A DNA stretch of 64,000 nucleotides from Felis catus (lineage: Eukaryota). A program made the translations under genes and the position numbers. Positions 52,041 through 64,000 of this stretch are shown one piece after another; positions within the stretch are counted from its first letter, which is position 1; the number at the start of each line of letters is the position of its first letter. Below the pieces are notes generated by a model. It saw only the letters and a list, made by a program, of their open reading frames with translations. It ran no database searches and had not been told where the DNA came from. The stretch lies in the NCBI RefSeq assembly GCF_018350175.1, contig NC_058368.1, positions 72,232,001-72,296,000 of the forward strand, read 5' to 3'.

Positions 52041-53889
52041 AGTATTGGCTTAATTTAAACGGTAGAACATAAAGTCTCACATGTAAATCTTATTATCTGC
52101 CGATAGCCTCAACAAGATCAGTTCAATTATTGGTTAGAATGCATAACCTGTACAAACAGAGCTTTTATAATGGGGTCTAGATGGGAAGGAAAAATAGGTC
52201 CCATGACTTGCCATGAATTTGGGAGGGATACATGAGGGCGGTAGTTACACGTTCTAACATGCAACTCCTATATCTGCTCTCTCATGTGATCCTTTTCCTC
52301 AGATGCTCACTTTGTGTATGGCCTCTCTATATACTGTCTGAAGACTTGTGTTTGGTAAAACATGGTATTTTCCCAAATCCTTAACTTTGTGTTCTGCCAT
52401 TTTGCTGTAGGTGGCAAAGGAGGTGCTGAGACAGGGTCCTGTATCACACAAAGGCACGTGTCTTCACTGAATAAACAGCATAGCGCTGAGTTCATTGAAG
52501 TGCCCCATCACCCAGCAATCCAAGGGAAATGAAACTTAACCTGTTAATAACTTCATATGACACTAATATTGGGAAAATATACATTTTCAATATAACTGTA
52601 TTTAACTACACAACCAGAGGGTTAAGATGTTACCATCAGGGATAAAATGGCTTACATCCCTCATAATTCTCTAACTTTTGGTTACCATCAGTTCAGATAT
52701 ATCGAGTACTCATAACACTTCTCAACCAGCTTGCAGAGGAGTAAATGATGATTACATAACTCATACTACTGCACAGCAAATATTCAGCTCAGTAAATTAA
52801 AAATAATAGCAATAAGTAACATTTCAGCAGCTTCCATTAAAAGTTAGTAACACCAGAATTTAAACTATTTTATCAGGTTACATGGTAAATACGTTTTCAA
52901 TACATTTTCTTCTCCAGCAGCTTCTTTTTTTCCCCTGACAATCACCATACTTGCTATGCTTTTCCTCCAAGGATTAAACTCATGGTGCCTTGAATCTGGA
53001 TCAGACTGACCGATTTGGAATACTATCAAAAGGCACACATCTTCCACTGGACAGACTACAGGTAAGAAACGGACGATCAGGTTGCTTTTATGAAATGTCT
53101 CGAACAAACATATAAACACAGATGGCCAAAGGCACTTACACCTGCCAGGCTACACTTGACCCAAAGGAGCTAACACACCGACGGGCTGCTTTGCACACCA
53201 GGTTAGCTGACGAGATGGAAGTACCTCTCATAGTGCTTGGCACGGTGTAGGCACCGAAACAACGCTCACTTCTCTTCCCTTAGTAGCAGAGATAATGGTC
53301 ACTGTACGACACAACCCATAAGTCCTCTTGAATGTCGCCCCTCACACAAAACAGACAGCTGCTGCCCCTTGATCCCAGGCTGTCTGCCATCAAAACTTTC
53401 CTCCCAGGTTCCGTTTCCGGGGGCCTAGGGCCTCTCAACCCCTCTGCAAAGGTCTCAGCCAAATGTGTGTTTCCCCACCAGCTGCTCCTTTTTCCTTTGT
53501 TCATCTTCCAGGCCAGTACTAGCGGCTTTCTTGTGGCTCATTTTCTTTTCAGTCTTTGCAGACTAATCGCAGACAGCTGCCAGCTAATGAGCCCCTCCAG
53601 GTGTCTGCCCCCAGGTTAAAACGTGGCAGGGTCAGGACCTAAGCCGGTTAGAATTTGTACGATGTGTCATCCACTATTTTGACTCCATTTTGGTGCATTC
53701 TGGATTCATTTTAGACAGCTTTATAAAACTCAACTCACCGGCATCAACAAAAATGAACACGAGGCATTCCCTTTAAACTGATTAAAAGAAGAAAATAGTT
53801 TCATTTTTGAAATCTGCTTGAGACTTTGAGACTTTACCAAACTCTGCCAATGCCTAAATAATCTTATTTCATTAAATAACATAGTTTAG

Positions 53890-54073
53890 ATGTTATTTAT
53901 TTATTTTATATTATATATATTTATTTTATTAATAAAAAAATCATTTTGTTTGTTTAAATAGCTTCATGCCCAGCACATAGCCCAGCATGGGGCTCAAACT
54001 CACGACCCTGAGATCACAACCTGAGCTGAGGTCAAGAGTTGGATGCGTAACCAACTGAGCCACTCAGACACCC
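53890..54073 (-). mobile_element. SINEC, short form lacking the CT tract
   Basis: ...ggggctcaaactcacgaccctgagatc...ctgagccactcagacaccc. Confidence 0.85.
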
Positions 54074-54516
54074 TGATTTTATTTTATATTTTGTTTTGGC
54101 CTACATGTTTCTTTTTGAAAAAAAAAAATTAAATGGCAAATCCTGTTTGACAATTTATTTCTTGAAAGCTAGCACTATACTTAGGCTAGCCCAAAAAATT
54201 AAGTACACAATTAGAGTCCCAAAGTCTAATGAAAGAAATCATTTCTTAATAAGGAAATTAACTTACAAGCAAGAATGAATTTTTAATAAAATGAAAATAT
54301 AATGCCATCCATCTGTGGTTCTGTATCAGCACTTACTTCGTGCCTTAAAGTACTAAACATAGTGCCTAACATGTAGCAAGTTCTTGATAAGTATTTGCTG
54401 AGTGAATGAATAAGCGAATGCATGGCCCTTAGAAGACTATCTACAATCGTCACTTGAACCATTGCTCAGAGATGGTGACTGTTCCTGTCAAGTCTTGCAG
54501 AACATTCCTGATTTTT

Positions 54517-55111
54517 TTTCTTCCAAGATTTTACTTAATTCAAGTTAGTTAACATATAGTGCAGTATTGATTTCAGGAATAGAATTTAGTGGTTGATCAT
54601 TTACATATCATACCCTGTGCTCATCACAACAAGTGCCCAACACCCATCCAACCCAGCCCCTGCTCACCTCCTCTCTAGCAACCCGCAATTTGTTCTCATA
54701 GTTGAGAGTCTCTCATGGTTTGCCTCCCTCCCTGTTTTTATCTTATTTTATTTTTCCTTCCCTTCCCCTACATTCATCTGTTTTGTTTCTTAAATTCCAC
54801 ACTGAGTGAAATCATATGGTATCTGTCTTTCTCTGACTGACTTACGCTGACTAGCATAATACACTCTAGCTTCATCCACATCATTGCGATGGCAAGATTC
54901 CATTCTTTTTGACGGAGGAATAATAGTCCATTTCACATATACTACATCTTCTTTATCCATTCATCAGTCAATAGACATTTGGCCTCTTTCCATAATTTGG
55001 CTATTACTGATAGTGCTGCTATAAACATTAGGGTGCATGTGCCCCTTCAAAACAGCACACCTGTATCCCTTGGATAAATACCTAGTAGTGCAATTGCTGG
55101 GTCATAGGGTA
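54517..55111 (-). mobile_element. 5'-truncated carnivore L1 3' end
   Basis: Similar to 46250-46775; 20-bp TSD gcagaacattcctgattttt at 54497-54516 and 55112-55131. Confidence 0.92.
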
Positions 55112-55330
55112 GCAGAACATTCCTGATTTTTAAAGTCCCAATAAGTGCAACATAGCAGCGAGCAAATTACATCTCCCAGACAAACTCTATCTTCATAAAT
55201 GATTTTTTTTACTGATCTTTTGTAAATATAATCTTTTCCCCCTTTTGTACTCATTTTAAGTAATTTTTTCTGGCTAACATGAGGCACTCAGGGATAAGAG
55301 TATTTTGGTTCTGACTTTTTAAAAAAAAAT

Positions 55331-55535
55331 TTTTTTAATGTTTATTTCTGAGACAGAGAGAGACAAAGCATGAGTGGGGGAGGGGCAGAGAGAGAGGGAG
55401 ACATAGAATCTGAAGCAGGCTCCAGGCTCTGAGCTGTCAGCACAAAGCCCGACGCGGGCTTGAACTCACAGACCGCGAGATCATGACCTGAGCCAAAGCC
55501 GGATGCTCAACTGACTGAGCCACCCAGGTGCCCCC
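55331..55535 (-). mobile_element. SINEC
   Basis: Reverse SINE; flanking ctgacttt repeat. Confidence 0.93.
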
Positions 55536-55556
55536 TGACTTTCTCTTTTAAAATGC

Positions 55557-55765
55557 TTATTTATTTATTTTGAAAAAGAGAGAGGGAGAGAGAGAGAGAC
55601 AGAGCAGGAGGAGGGGCAGAGACATAGGAGAGAGAGAATCCCAAGCAGGCTCCACACTGTCAGTGCAGAGCCCAGGGCAGGGCTTGATCTCACAAATGGT
55701 GAGCTCATGACCTGAGCCAAAATCAAGAGTTGGCCATTTAACCAACTGAGCCACACAGGCACCCC
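55557..55765 (-). mobile_element. SINEC (tandem with previous)
   Basis: Reverse SINE ending gagccacacaggcacccc. Confidence 0.92.
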
Positions 55766-56228
55766 TGATTCTGATTTTCTAAGCAGGTTTTTTAACCATT
55801 GAGACTTATCCCCATACTAAAGAATACCCATTTAGTTAAACCTAATTAAGATTCATTGGAGTCTATGTCTAGCATATCACCCATTCTTCAAAAATTCCTT
55901 GAGTCACATCGATCACAGATTCAGTAGCCTTTGTATTTATGAGACACAGGAGGAGGAAACTTTCAGGGTTGTATATATCCAGGGTACCCTTTCTTTGCAA
56001 ATCTCATGTTTAGAGTTTAAGGAATTTTGAGTCAGGGAAGGAGGGCCAGCATTGGACTCTCATGAACCTAGACAAAAATCACAGATGTGTTGTGGTCTCT
56101 GGCTTTCTAGGTCCAAGGGATATAAGAAGAGGTGAGTGTAAAAATCATCAAGGAGGCTAGGTTGCTGTGAGGATGTAATAAAAAAGAAACACGGGATGAG
56201 CAATTTTTCCTACCTTGATTCTAATGGA

Positions 56229-56448
56229 ACGATTGGCAAACTTTTCTCTGTAAAGGATCAGAGACGGTAAATATCGTATATTCTGCGGGCCATAGGATTT
56301 CTGTTGGAACTACAGAAATCTGCTGTAGCATCAGAAAGAAGCCATGAACCATAGATAAACAAATAACCATGGAGTTGCAGCAAACTTTATTTACCAAGTC
56401 AGGCAGTAAGCAGGATTTAGCCCACCAGCCATGGTTTGCTGATTCCTG
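56229..56448 (+). mobile_element. MER58A-like hAT-Charlie DNA transposon relic
   Basis: ttggcaaacttttctctgtaaagg...gtaaatat...gggccata...aaactttatttac...ggtttgctgattcctg. Confidence 0.78.
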
Positions 56449-56870
56449 CTCTAGTCAATTGTAAACATACAACTTCAGCTTTGCTTTAACCCTTTAGAAG
56501 CCCAGCAAAGACAAAGCATCTCAGCCTAGAAATGGCTTTGCTGGCAGCATCTCAATGCAGGAGATAAGAAAATATTAACATTTTATTCCCAGTGCAAATG
56601 TACATGGACTAAAGGATATACCAGTAAATGCAGCATATACTAGCACAGTAAAATGTGAGTATATTAAGTTATGTTGTATGATCCTGAGTGGTTTGCCAAG
56701 ACTAAAAGAATGATGACTTGGAAAGAATATTGATATTGGAAGAGTTTACTTTCACATTCTAACTCTGTGACCTTAGAACACTGTGCTCTGTAATTCATTC
56801 ATTCATTTAGTTGATAATTATATACCTAATAAAATGATAATTAAAACCACAGTTAAATTTTACTGAGGAT

Positions 56871-57055
56871 TATTTTTTTAAGTTTATTTTTATTTATTTT
56901 GAGAGAAACATAGAAAGCAAGTGGGGGCAGGCAGAGAGAGAGGGAGAGAGAGAATCCAAGTAGGCACATGGGGCTTGAACTCACAAACTGTGAGATCAGG
57001 ACCTGAGCTGAGACAAGAGTCGAACGCTTAACCAACTGAGTCACCCAGGTGCCCC
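56871..57055 (-). mobile_element. SINEC (internal deletion)
   Basis: TSD aaattttactgagga. Confidence 0.92.
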
Positions 57056-57493
57056 AAATTTTACTGAGGACTCTTAGACATAAGAGTGAGAATAATCTAA
57101 TCTTCCTACCAGTCTACGAGACATGTACAATTTTTACCCTGATTTTACAGGCAGAGAAACGTTAAGTAACTTGTTCTATGTCACTCACAACTGAGCTACG
57201 GAGTGCATCCCGAAACCAAGTCCTTCTCTTATCTGGACCTGAGCACTCACAAGATGCCCACTTCTACACTGGAGACACTGGGAATACAATCACCACTAAG
57301 ACCTGATGCTGTCCCCCAGAGCTTCTTTCCTTCTCTGAATCTTGGATGGTTAGGTGGGGTTAATGCCATGAACGTGATGATATATGAGGAAATTACATTC
57401 CTTACCTAGATGCTTAGCTTCAAATAGTCTTTGTTTGAAAGTCTCCTTCAGTTCAACTTCGATGTGGTGACAAGGTTTGTAGTCACTAGCAGT

Positions 57494-57528
57494 TTATTTA
57501 TTTATTTATTTTTTAACATTAATTTTTT

Positions 57529-57576
<48 letters not shown>

Positions 57577-57743
57577 TATGAGCGGGGTAGGGGCAGAGAG
57601 AGAGGGAGACACAGAAACCAAAGCAAGCTCCAGGCTCTGAGCTGTCAGCACAGAGCCTGATGCAGGGCTTGAACTCATGAACCACGAGATCCTGACCTGA
57701 GCCAAAGTCGGATGCTCAACCGACTGAGCCACCCAGGCGCCCC
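57494..57743 (-). mobile_element. SINEC with expanded (AG)n
   Basis: Reverse SINE ending gagccacccaggcgcccc. Confidence 0.93.
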
Positions 57744-57766
57744 TGGTTTTAAAATACAGTAATATA

Positions 57767-57955
57767 GGGGCGTCTGGGTGGCTCAGTCGGTTAAGCATCC
57801 GACTTCAGCTCAGGTCATGATCTCAAGGTTTGTGGGTTCAAGCCTCCTGTTGGGCTCTGTGCTGACAGCTCTTTGGATTCTGTATCTCCCTCTCACTGTG
57901 CCCCTCCCCCTCTCAAAAATAAACAAACAGTAAAAAAATAAAAATAAAAAAATAA
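57767..57955 (+). mobile_element. SINEC (internal deletions)
   Basis: GGGGCGTCTGGGTGG head; TSD aaata(c/a)agtaatata. Confidence 0.92.
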
Positions 57956-58506
57956 AGTAATATAACTCCCTGGTAAAATATAGTATATCTTTTATTAGAC
58001 ACATGAGAGTAAGAATTGGCTAAGAACCTTTACTTGCTTTATAGTTAGGTGATTCCTGATTAGGCTTTTTATTTTCATTTTATGTTTTTGCTTACTTGCT
58101 AAAGCACTTATGTGGTGGAAGAAATCATGTGAATATTTGCTGCAATTAATATTAAGAAGATTAGGGACCCAAATCTCAATCCATCAGGATTTATTCTCTC
58201 GGTGCTCAGTCACTGCTATTGCCTATCTGCAGCGCCCCCCGCCCTGCCCCCATAGGTTTTTGTCTTCAAGCAAAGTAACTGCTGAGGGATAGTTTTACCA
58301 GGCTGCACAGAGGTTGGTGTAATAATTCAGTAGCATAGTAATAAAGATGATACTGATATGGGATTTTGTAAAAATAAAACTTCCTGTAAATATATACTTA
58401 CCAAATATTAAGAATTAATGCTAAAAATGCATAAAATATATTTTTGAATGTAAAATAAATGTGTGATCATATCAGAGGAAGAAAAACCACATCATTGTAA
58501 TGAAAT

Positions 58507-58537
<31 letters not shown>

Positions 58538-58580
58538 ATATATATGTATATATATATATATATATATACATATATATACA
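58507..58580. repeat. (TA)n(TG)n(TA)n compound microsatellite
   Basis: Direct reading. Confidence 0.9.
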
Positions 58581-58949
58581 CTGGTGCTCTTGGGGTGCAT
58601 CTGAACACAGGAACAGAAGCAGACACTGAGCTGAGGTGTGTCTGCAGAGCTGGAAGTTCCACAAAGGTCACTCTGCATTTTAAATGGAGACCGGAAGAAT
58701 GCTGCCCTCTGGACCAGGCAAGCAGAAAGTTGCTTGACTTCCATCCAGATCCATGTGGGGGCCTAAGACTCTCCTATGAGAAACCAGAACCCCAAATGTG
58801 GGCCAACCAAAGTTCTTCGTCCAAATTTACACTGTCCTCTACAACTCCAATGGCTCAAGGTTTTCTCCTCCCACAAGCCACAAAGGTAACATAAGGATTA
58901 GTCCAGGATTAGTTACTATCCCTGGGATTCCAGCAACATTGACAGAAAG

Positions 58950-60000
58950 AAACCCTCACTGGAATTGAGCTCATAGCCCAACATTACAAACCGTAGGAAA
59001 AAATGAACTATTATAATGGAGAATTAGAAGATATGGAAGAATCAGAAAGAGATTCTAAAATAAGCATGTTTAGAATGTTTAATGAGATAAAGGGTTAGAA
59101 AGAAAATGGTAAGAACAGGGCTATGACATAAAAAGAACAGACAGATTTGGAACAGTTAAATAGAAATTCTAGATAAGCAGATCGTAGATGCTGGGATAAA
59201 AAACTCCATGAATAAGATGGAGAGCAGACTGGACACACTGAGGGAGAAAATTATACGGAGTTCAGCAAAGAAGCTAAAGAAGAAAATACACAAACAACTT
59301 TACGAGACATGTAAATACTACAAGAAGATGCACCAGGCATCTAATGGCAGGGTCCAGAGGGCAAATGCAGCAAGCAGAGAGAAGTTAGAAAGCAAGATCT
59401 ACCAGCATGGAAAATGGAAGAAGCAGTTTTAACAAAGCTTTAATCAGTATTCCAGAAAATAAATAATAGAGAATGGAGAACACATATGGATTTGTAAAGA
59501 TAATATCTAAAACTCTCGCAGAAAAAGGCATGAGCCTCTTATGCAAAAACAAAAAAACAAAACAAAACAAAAATCCTACTAGATAAAAAAAAAATAGATC
59601 CATGCCTAGACATATTATAGTTAAGACTATAACATTGCAAAGACAAACAGCAAATCTTAAAAACCACCAATGAAAAACCAGATATGTTTAAAAAAAACAA
59701 GCAACATAAAAACAAAAACATAAAAGCACTACAATTAGACTCAAAGGAGGGGTGGTCATTGGCAAAAACAGATTCCAAAATACAATGGAATGATTTTAAA
59801 CCTTGAGGGGAATCTAAATACCAATTAAGAATTCTGTACTCAGTCCAAACATTACTCAAAAAAAAAAAAAAAAAAAAGATAAAGAGATTCTCAGAAAAGT
59901 ACCTAAGAAGCAGACATATTTGACCAGGGGAAAAAAAAAAAAAAAAAAAAAGGAAGGTGGCACTCTTAATCGATGTCATTTAATAACTTTTTAACAAAAG
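58950..60000 (+). mobile_element. Ancient L1M ORF1-region relic
   Basis: A-rich strand; ORF 59208..59432 begins like ORF1 coiled coil (MNKMESRLDT); cctagacatattatagttaa and attctgtactcag motifs typical of the ORF1 3' half. Confidence 0.6.
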
Positions 60001-61990
60001 CTAAAGTAAAAATATAATTTTCAAGCCAGCATTTTCGATGATCAGACAGAACAAAAGCATTTGTCTCAGAGGTTAGACAGATTGTATAAATGTGAGAAAT
60101 GCTGAATACAAGGCAAGTGGGAGGAAATAGGACTTGTAGCAAATTGGGAGTATTCATGGTCGGTTTGCTTGTACTCATACTCAAAAAAGTTTTAAAGGGA
60201 TGTGTGGGCACACACACACTGGGGCATGAGCTCCTTCCTGTACCTGGCCCATAGCTGCAAAACTTACCCCAGTTAAGGATCAGCCCTTTTTTCTGACTTT
60301 ACTTCACCTTCATTTATTTTATTTTAACATCTCCGTTTGGGGGAAGGAACTTGGTTACATTGACTTACATCATTTTATTTCAGGCCCTGTATGCCTGGCA
60401 TAGAGTAAACGTATAACAAATATTTGTTGAGTACATTATTTATGAAAACATCTTTTTGCTATTTAAATAAGAACGTTTCCCCTATTATCTGAAAATTCTC
60501 ATACTTTCATGAAAATGGGAATTTTTTCATGAAAAAAATGTTACTTTTTCCTTATTATCTAGAAATAAATCTGATCAATAATAACCTTTGTAATACTAAT
60601 TGTGGCAGTTATCTTTGTTTTAATACTGGCCACTGATATTTATTAGGCATTTGCAACTTATGTTAGTATATTTGTTTCATTCTCATTTTGTATCCTTTAT
60701 CTTAGCATATTTAGTATGTGTTAGTATCTTCAGTATAATCCCGGAATCGCAAGGCCTATGCGTGTGGGAGCTGAGGGGTCCAGGAGCATAAAGGGGAAGA
60801 GAGGGAAGAGACTCCTTGTCTCCACAGTCCAGTGCCCCCTCAGGGTGGATGCCATCTTCTTTCTCACAGCCCTGTGTGGCTCAGGTTAGAAGTCCATTTT
60901 CGAGGGCCAGAGAGCTTTCTCCTCTGAGGAGGAGGCCATGCTCCTTGTCAGCACAGTTTTGCTAAGCAGGGCTCATGTATTAGAACATGCAACCTCAAGG
61001 GAGGTAGGAGTCGGCTTTCCTATGGCCTCATTGGCCTTGAGGGAAGAGCTGCATGGTGCTTCCCTACAAGACATTATTCCTTTTTGGTCCAACTGATTAG
61101 TTGGTGAGATTAATTTAATTTCACAGAATGTCAAGGGAATTATGTTCCACTGACTGCTGTTACCAGCAGAGAGAGTTTCCTTGACCGTCAACACAAGACT
61201 TCTGTGCTAGTCTGTTCACATTTGTTTCATGTGAATACCTGCCATAATGCAGACGCCATTTAATTTCAAACAGAGAATGAACTTAAAAGGCAAGAGTTGT
61301 ATCTGAATTTTATTTAAATTTTCCCTCATGAAGTTTCCAAGGAATAATGATTTAAAAAGGCAATGTATCTAATATAAAATTCTCCCACATGCGATCAACC
61401 AGTCTTCAAGTATATAAGGAGCTCACTGAGAGAAAACGCATCATGAGAAGCGCAGGAAGCTTTGTTCCTACTCGAGGCACCTGGGATCTAATGAGCTCAT
61501 TGGGAAGAAGAGGATAAAACACACGCAGACACACAGATACACACACACATACATGTACATCAGACAGTGGGAACCAAACAGAAAGAAGCATTAACTTTCA
61601 CAGACCAGCTCTGTCACAGTTCAGACAGAAGGCGACAAGGGTGCTGTATGGGAAGCCACATGAACTGAGGCCCTAGAGAGTGGGTCAGGTATTGGTAGGA
61701 GGAGGCATGCTAGGGAAAAGGGGAGGAAGGAATGCGAGGAAAAAGAAATGGGCTGCTGGTGTTCAGAAGAGCACAAAATACAATATGGTCTCTGTTATAT
61801 ATTTTTTTTACTTCAGTATCTTTGCATATCAAAAGAGAATACCTTATACTTTCTAAAATTCACTCTCACACAAAAAAAGCAGGACGATGAATTCTTAAAA
61901 TCTTTTTGAGAAACACAACATTATTTATTTATTATGTTAAAAAAATGTGCATACCCTTCAACCTAGAAATCGTCCTAGGAATCTATTTTA

Positions 61991-62211
61991 TTTTAGTTAT
62001 TTTTTTTTTAATTTTTTTTCAACGTTTATTTATTTTTGGGACAGAGAGAGACAGAGCATGAACTGGGGAGGGGCAGAGAGAGAGGGAGACACAGAATCGG
62101 AAACAGGCTCCAGGCTCTGAGCCATCAGCCCAGAGCCCGACGCGGGGCTCGAACTCCCGGACCGCGAGATCGTGACCTGGCTGAAGTCGGACGCTTAACC
62201 GACTGCGCCCC
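61991..62211 (-). mobile_element. Young feline SINE (SINEC_Fc type) with shortened 5' head
   Basis: Exact TSD taggaatctatttta at 61976-61990 and 62213-62227. Confidence 0.95.
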
Positions 62212-62509
62212 ATAGGAATCTATTTTAAAGAATACTGCACACACACACAAGATATATGTATGTATGTGTGCGTGAGCATTTATTCAACACAAAATTACTT
62301 ACTGTAGTCAATGACTGAGAACAGCTTAAATGTCTGTTAGCAGGGAAACAGTTAAAAGAATTTTACTAAATACCACAAAACTGATAAAGATGAAAGAAGG
62401 CAGGAAGAAAGGAATGAAGAAAAGAAGGGAGGGATTTACATATGGCAGAATTCATTACTTTCTTTAAACCTCGTATGCTATTTGAAGTATGATTTTTATA
62501 ATCTAAAAA

Positions 62510-62689
62510 TATTTTTTATTTTTTAAATTTTTATTTATTGTTGAGACTGAGAGGGAGACAGAATCCAAAGCAGGCTCCAGACTCTTAGCTGTCAGCACAG
62601 AGCCCGATGCGGGCTTGAACCCACGGACCGTGAGATCATGATGGGAGCCAAAGTCAGATGCTTAATCAACTGAGCCACCCAGGTGTCCC
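62510..62689 (-). mobile_element. SINEC
   Basis: TSD tataatcta(a/t)aaatattt. Confidence 0.92.
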
Positions 62690-62930
62690 TATAATCTATA
62701 AATATTTAAAATGTAACTATGAACATGCTAATTTCTTGGAAACCACTAGATATTGCCAAGGAGTATTGTCTTCTATTTATAATATGAAAAAAAATCATTT
62801 ATGCCCTCAAAATCCACTTTTAAAATTCCTTCTTTCACTGTCCAATGGCATGTCACTCCAGCAGCTGTTTTTTCTAATCCATTCAAGAAGAACTCCCCAA
62901 CACCTGCTAGACACCAGGCAGTGCATAATC

Positions 62931-62974
62931 TCCTTCCTTCCTTCCTTCCTTCCTTCCTTCCTTCCTTCCTTCCT

Positions 62975-63010
<36 letters not shown>

Positions 63011-63181
63011 TCGAGGGAAATAGAGAAAGCAGGAGAGGGGCAGAGGAAGATAGAGCATCCCAAACAAGGTCTGCATTCAGCGTGGAACGGGATGCAGGGC
63101 TCAATCCCAGGACTCTGGGATCATAACCTGAGCTGAAATCAGGAGTCTGAAGCTCAACTGCCTGAGTCCCCCAGGCACCCC
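62931..63181 (-). mobile_element. Older SINEC whose tail became (CCTT)n(CTTT)n
   Basis: Reverse SINE body 63012-63181; tetranucleotide tract 62931-63011. Confidence 0.88.
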
Positions 63182-63289
63182 TAAGTGGATATCCTTTTTA
63201 AAAATCACTCTGCATTTGCTACCTTTAGACTCCCAGTTTTCCTAATATTCTGAATAATATCTGCATATCTAATTTCAGTTTAAGTAAGT

Positions 63290-63408
63290 TTGTGACCCTG
63301 TTTGAGAATCTAATGAAGCCCAAAGACTTTAGAAACCCTCAGGCACACACTTCTACGTGCAACCTGAGGGCGTTTGCTGATGCCTGGACCCAGGGATGAA
63401 GCCCCTGT
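63290..63408. mobile_element. Possible small hAT-Charlie MITE relic
   Basis: gaccctgtttgagaatctaatgaagc...ggacccagggatgaagcccctg resembles MER117-class elements. Confidence 0.4.
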
Positions 63409-64000
63409 ATTTGACCAAAGGTTTTCACAACTATTCTCCTTGTTGAAGCCTCATGATCTTGTCCTCTATTTAACAAAAATACAATCAGGACTTCCTTGTC
63501 CCATGACAAAGGAATTCCATCAAAGAGCAAGTCTAGAATTGGCATAGACTCGGGTAAGCACTTGTGGTCGAATGCTGTTGCCCTAGTTCTCTCTTCTCTA
63601 TGTGTTTTCATAAAAATCGATAAGTAATTCCGGGAGCAATGCTGAACACAAAGATTAATGCAGGGAAAATAAGCCTTCCGTGCTTTTCCACAAAGTATTA
63701 TAAATCTCAATTACATATTTTACAAATTAGTCTTTATGGTGGCTTTTTTGCAACTGCAATAAAAATGTACATTCTGCAATAAATCACAGTTATAGATACA
63801 CAATAACTTCCTATTTTCTACTCATTTGTAAAGTTTCCTTCTGACACCACATGCTGCAACATGAAATACAGTTTAACATCGTTTAAACCTATGAATCAAT
63901 TTTTAATAGCGTCATCAGCAAAGTTCAATTTACATCTACTGTGATTTGAGTGAAAGTAATTTTCTTTCATCTTATTTTATGGACATATTTAATATCAGAT

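Noticed and set aside
52865..53230. Possible cryptic exon ending at minus-strand CAGGTGTAAGT (about 53134-53144) and nearby 84-aa ORF
   Set aside because: No convincing upstream acceptor and the peptide is unrecognisable.
60492..60535. Short hairpin with repeated TTTCATGAAA palindromes
   Set aside because: Short and AT-rich; expected by chance.
58229..60845. CTCF-like motifs (GCGCCCCCCGCCC near 58232; CAGTGCCCCCTCAGGG near 60830)
   Set aside because: Only half of the motif matches well; not supportable without a matrix scan or ChIP data.

Overview
Felid (cat-like) genomic DNA, identified by about 28 carnivore tRNA-derived SINEs, several of the young feline SINEC_Fc type. The window lies wholly inside NALCN (sodium leak channel), transcribed on the minus strand. 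Three coding exons with GT-AG boundaries are present: 14497-14639, 14270-14374 and 8350-8436. Their lengths and peptides match human NALCN exons 8, 9 and 10 as I recall them (domain I pore loop with selectivity-filter Glu280, DI-S6, start of the I-II linker). The rest is intron, with about 49 kb upstream of exon 8, and is filled with SINEs, L1s, L2/MIR relics, hAT MITEs, an old LTR and microsatellites. I found no evidence of a novel multi-gene system; the other ORFs are L1 fragments or spurious. The best leads are a candidate RFX/GC-box/E-box enhancer at about 12.2-12.4 kb, weak splice donors around a 122-nt stop-containing intron, inverted SINE pairs (circRNA/dsRNA), sense-oriented L1s, and several palindromes. 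Repeat subfamily names come from recalled consensus sequences, and old-repeat boundaries are approximate.
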